A stretch of DNA of 52,130 bases from assembly GCA_032718475.1 (NCBI GenBank), contig JAUCBJ010003209.1, positions 1 through 52,130 on the forward strand, in the 5' to 3' direction. Below the pieces are notes generated by a model, which was given only the letters and a program-made list of their open reading frames with translations, was not told where the DNA came from and searched no databases. Below, piece by piece: positions 48,401 to 52,130 of the stretch. The DNA is from Nemertoderma westbladi. Its lineage: Eukaryota > Animalia > Xenacoelomorpha. Numbering within the stretch: position 1 is the first letter of the stretch; each line of letters opens with the position of its first letter. The translations under genes and the position numbers were made by a program.

Positions 48401-49675
48401 AACTCAGCCTAAGAGACTCAGCTGCGGAGAAGTTAGACAGCGCGGGATTCGCCCTTTTCAAGGACGTTTGTATACAGAACTTACATTCATCTGTTATACA
48501 AAGACCTCGAATACCCACGGGTTATTCTGTCGTGGAAGTTCAGACAGTGGGTTCGCTTGCGGAGACAGCCGCACCTATCTCAGCTATGCAATTGGAAGAC
48601 GAACCAATATGCTTAGAATCTGAGGAGATTCAGCCTACAGCGCCCCGGAGCAGCGATAACGACTACGTCTTGGAATGGTATCAAGGTCCACAATGTCTCA
48701 CCGCATACGATTATCGGCACGCCAACTATGTTTCTCGAAAACGTTGCCGATTATGCGCATCGAGAGATCATTTCACCCCTATGGACTCAGATCGTACCCT
48801 GCTCCTATTTCCATGAACAACCGATGATGGAGATCTATTGTGCGTATTGCAGACTCAATAACTCGCACATTTTTGCAGTCTGCCCCCAATTTATGACTCA
48901 ATGCCACCACTGTCAACTTAAAGGACATGCCAGTTTTAATTGCCCTTTTAACCGCGATCTGGAAAGCGTAGATGAGATGATTACCCTGCGCTACATCCGA
49001 GCTTGGGAAGCGAACGCGGATTTACATTGTGAGTCACGCCATCGCTATTACCCTGGACGCGCCTACGATGGAGTTTACGCGTTCCATCCTTATCTATTCG
49101 CGTCTGTTGAACAAAAAACACGCACACCGAGTTACGAACTAATGAAGCGTGTTGGTGAGTGTATTTCCACCAAATTTGTTCGAAAATATCTCAGGAACGT
49201 CAATCCTAACGATATTAATTCATACCATTTGATCAATTTCATCCGTCAAGACCCTGAGTATGGCGATTTATTTATCAACTCGCACCCTGAGTTACAGGAA
49301 GTATCTTGACAGCCCTACGAATATCGAGACCGAGAACGCGAGCTGGAAAGAACCATTAAACCGAGGAAGTTTCTCACCACTCACGGTCCACCTACCGCTA
49401 TTGTCCAGACGACTCGTCAGGGACCAGTAGGAGCTGCTGTCCTAAGACGCGCCCTAAAGGCCGTTAGACCTCGCTCCACTGAAGTTGATATTGATCAACC
49501 AGGTACCTTGACCGGCAGATACACCGATCGTAATCCTAAACCTACTGATGCAATTGTATTGCACCCTTCACCCAGGAGTTATAGCCCTCCTAGTAAAGTG
49601 GCTCGCCCCAAAGAGAAAAGGACTCTTGCTAGCCTCAAAAAACTGCGTAAACGCCGTCCGCGTAAGAAAGACTAA
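45430..49675 (+). pseudogene. Extra ORF of the BEL element (~1,400 codons): DEDDy-type 3'-5' exonuclease plus CCHC zinc knuckles
   Basis: 45430-45789 and 45937-48816 are one frame separated by a single TGA. Frameshift near 48780-48810; then 48728-49309 reads past one TGA to TAA at 49673-49675. Motifs VVTYDNEG, LPQPVLEMLFNERILKIGSAVYGDL, FVDTQ, SIGHLA, YTIFE; CAYCRLNNSHIFAVC, CHHCQLKGHASFNC. Confidence 0.78.
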
Positions 49676-49753
49676 CTGTTTAGAGTATTTTTATATTTTA
49701 GAAACTGTGATTTTTTATATTTTATAGAATTAAATCCCATTTTCTGGGAGCGG

Positions 49754-50932
49754 TGTAAAGGCTTTTGCGGAATTAGCTGGTTATTTTTCCCGCAAAGTAC
49801 TCTGTAGGTGTTTTAACGGACATAAAAAGCCGTTTCCTTACTGTACCGGTGTTTTAGTGGACATAAAAATCCATTTCTTCTGTATGTGTACTTTAGCGGA
49901 CATAACTAGCGATTTTATGTCGCAATAAGCCAAAATCCTCTTGATACAGTGTAGTTACCATGACGACATCTAATAGCTGATATGTACACGTGTAACTTTT
50001 CCTTTGTTTCTTTGTTCGGTCAACCAATCGGATCGATTCTCAGATTATTTGGACAGAAACCTCCGGGAAATCGCGCAATGCATTACGGTTTATGTTTACC
50101 TTTTTTCCTGATGCCAGAAGACCGGCTTTGGAATTTCTGTGTTTCAGGCTTTAGCCAAACATTAGTAGGCTTTGATCATAGAAACGTATAACTGTTATCA
50201 TATCACATCCTATCAAACGAATCACACTTGTCATATCTCATACAAACACCGCATTATTTTTACTGCTATTTACTGTCGGTTATTAATTATATCAGTTGAT
50301 GGAATATTATTATATTTGGATAATATCGATAAATAATCATAAAACCCCAATCTTCTTGATATACTGAAGGTAAGAGAGACCGGTTACATATAGCAATTGC
50401 GACTTACATTATATTGGTTTTGGAGTGAATCTAATGCTATTTCACAGGCACTACATGTGTCGGTTGCTGTTCTCTTTATATGTGACTAAAATTAGTGAAG
50501 GTCGGCAGATCGGTGTGCAGCATTGTGCGGTAGTGTGCAGGATTGTGACAGATAACAAAGCATCTCCTAAAGAATGCGCTTTATACGTGAATCATTAGCC
50601 ATCCCGTTGTGTTTAGTGTAAGTCATAACTCTGTTTACATACTTAGAGCGCCACGTCCTAAAGGAACTGTTGATATTTCCCGAAAGTGAATAATATTTGT
50701 CAGAGATTATATATTAACGATCAATCGAATAATACAGTAGGCCTACACCGCAATAAGGTCAGAGCTTCCGAATCCAGTCTCCCGGGTATATCCAGCGGGT
50801 GAATGGTCGCGCATAGACTGGCTTCGGCTAATGTAGTGTATCAAATACTCGTCATAGGCTAAAGTCGATTTATAATCTAGAAGACACCTAAATTTGGCAG
50901 GTTAAACTGCTAAAGGTCTGAAAGCGCGAACA
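49754..50932 (+). repeat. 3' LTR of the BEL/Pao element (1179 bp)
   Basis: Preceded by a short PPT gggagcgg (49746-49753) and followed by the TSD GCACT. Confidence 0.96.
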
Positions 50933-51316
50933 GCACTTTACGAAATGTGCCATGGAAATCCACGGCACTTTACGAAATGTGCTGTGAAAGCCACGGCGAT
51001 TTGAGAAATGTGCCGTGAAAGCCAAGGCACTTTACGATATGTGCCGTGAAATCACGGCACTTTATGAAATGTGCCGTGGAATTCCACGGCACTTTACGAA
51101 ATGTGCCGAGGAAATCCACGGCACTTTACGAAATGTGCCGTGGAAATCCACGGCACTTTACGAAATGTGCCGTGGAAGCCACGGCACTTTACGAAATGTG
51201 CCGTGAAAGCCCCTGCACTTTACGAAATGTGCCGCGGAAATCCACGGCACTTTACGAAATGTGCCGTGGAAATCCACGGCACATTACGAAATGTGCCGTG
51301 GAAATCCACGGCACTA
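50933..51316. repeat. 31-32-bp palindromic minisatellite (~12 copies)
   Basis: Unit cggcactttacgaaatgtgccgtggaaatcca, with inverted repeat cacggcac/gtgccgtg. Confidence 0.92.
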
Positions 51317-51398
51317 CGTGAGTTTTTTAATTTATGGCGGGTTGTTTGAATTTAAAACCTATTGTTTATGTTTAAAACCCTTAATACTTTCTGTATAG

Positions 51399-51990
51399 GC
51401 GTATACCGGTACGACTTGAAACTGACAGAGGAACCGAAAACGGCGTTATGGCGGCAGCTCATAGTTATTTTTCCCAGAATCTAGATGCACATAGATACGT
51501 TAGTTCGCCACGCAACCAAAGAGTAGAAGCGTGGTGGTCTTATCTCCGGAAGTCGTGGTCAACATGGTGGATTAATTTTCTCACTCATCTCGTCGAAAAT
51601 GTAGAATTTGATCCGGGGAACCTGATTCACATCGATGTAATATGGTTTTGCTTTGCCAGTACCATACAGAAAGAGTTAGATGATATCGCTATTGCCTGGA
51701 ACAATCATAGTATTAGGAAGTCTCGATACGATACTATATCAGGAAAACCCTTATATAACTTTCTTTATCCCTCGGGTGATTATACCAACCTCCAAAGACC
51801 GGTCGGATAGATTGTTTATACGGAAGTTCTAAACTATGTCTCAAACTCGATAAACTCCGCCAATGACAGTTACAATAGTGATAATGAATCTTATATTAAG
51901 TATATTTTTAACTCACTTGGCATTACGCCTCCTACAACTTGGCAGCAATCACTGAATTTATTCCGATTCATTATAAACCAGTGGTGAGAC
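51399..51990 (+). pseudogene. Integrase-core/DDE transposase fragment (IS3EU-like)
   Basis: After acceptor-like ttctgtatAG the frame reads IPVRLETDRGTENG...SSPRNQRVEAWW...WNNHSIR. In-frame stop at 51808-51810. Confidence 0.7.
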
Positions 51991-52130
51991 TAACGGGGTG
52001 CTTAGATCGTGGCTTTTCCAGTTAACATTATTCCACTTTGTATAAAACAAGTGATGTGGTTGGAGAAACCTGCTAGGGGCTGCTACTACATTTACTTTAC
52101 ATATTTGCTGTTGTCGGCAGTGGTTGCCGG

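Larger units (their letters stand above)
34001..50932 (+). mobile_element. Full-length 16.9-kb BEL/Pao LTR retrotransposon with an extra 3' ORF
   Basis: LTRs 34001-35190 and 49754-50932 (TG...CA; roughly 98% identical by eye). 5-bp TSD GCACT (33996-34000, 50933-50937). BEL-type RT-RNase H-integrase. Confidence 0.96.
33902..52130 (+). mobile_element. IS3EU-like DNA transposon (right end outside window), host of the BEL insertion
   Basis: TACGG terminus at 33902. Subterminal palindromic repeat split by the BEL element (33980-34000 / 50933-51316). DDE-type transposase fragment at 51399-51990. Confidence 0.55.

Noticed and set aside
45937-48816. Extra ORF as a retroviral env gene
   Set aside because: No signal peptide, TM anchor or fusion-protein Cys pattern; it has nuclease and knuckle motifs instead.
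50933-51316. 32-bp palindromic repeats and their ORFs (51015-51349)
   Set aside because: Head-to-tail units with no unique spacers; the ORFs are by-products of the repeat.

Overview
Eukaryotic (animal, probably invertebrate) genomic DNA that is almost entirely transposable elements, many nested. The only clear host gene is one large terminal exon of a DEG/ENaC/ASIC-family channel (4553-5773). The elements are: a 1.8-kb non-coding LTR element (28-1828) inside a Helitron-like repeat; decayed RTE-clade and CRE-clade LINEs; a Penelope-like fragment with a minimal hammerhead ribozyme; piggyBac-, Kolobok-, TA-target- and P-like non-autonomous DNA transposons; an IS3EU-like element; several minisatellites; and a 16.9-kb BEL/Pao LTR retrotransposon (34001-50932, TSD GCACT). 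Two observations stand out. (1) After pol, the BEL/Pao element carries a disrupted ~1,400-codon extra ORF with a DEDDy-type 3'-5' exonuclease domain, CCHC knuckles and a basic tail. (2) Neither LTR element has a tRNA primer-binding site. In both, the bases directly after the 5' LTR are the exact complement of a segment inside the element's own LTR (12 nt for the BEL element, 9 nt for the small one), the geometry of Tf1-style self-priming. All family assignments come from motif recognition by eye; no database searches were run.
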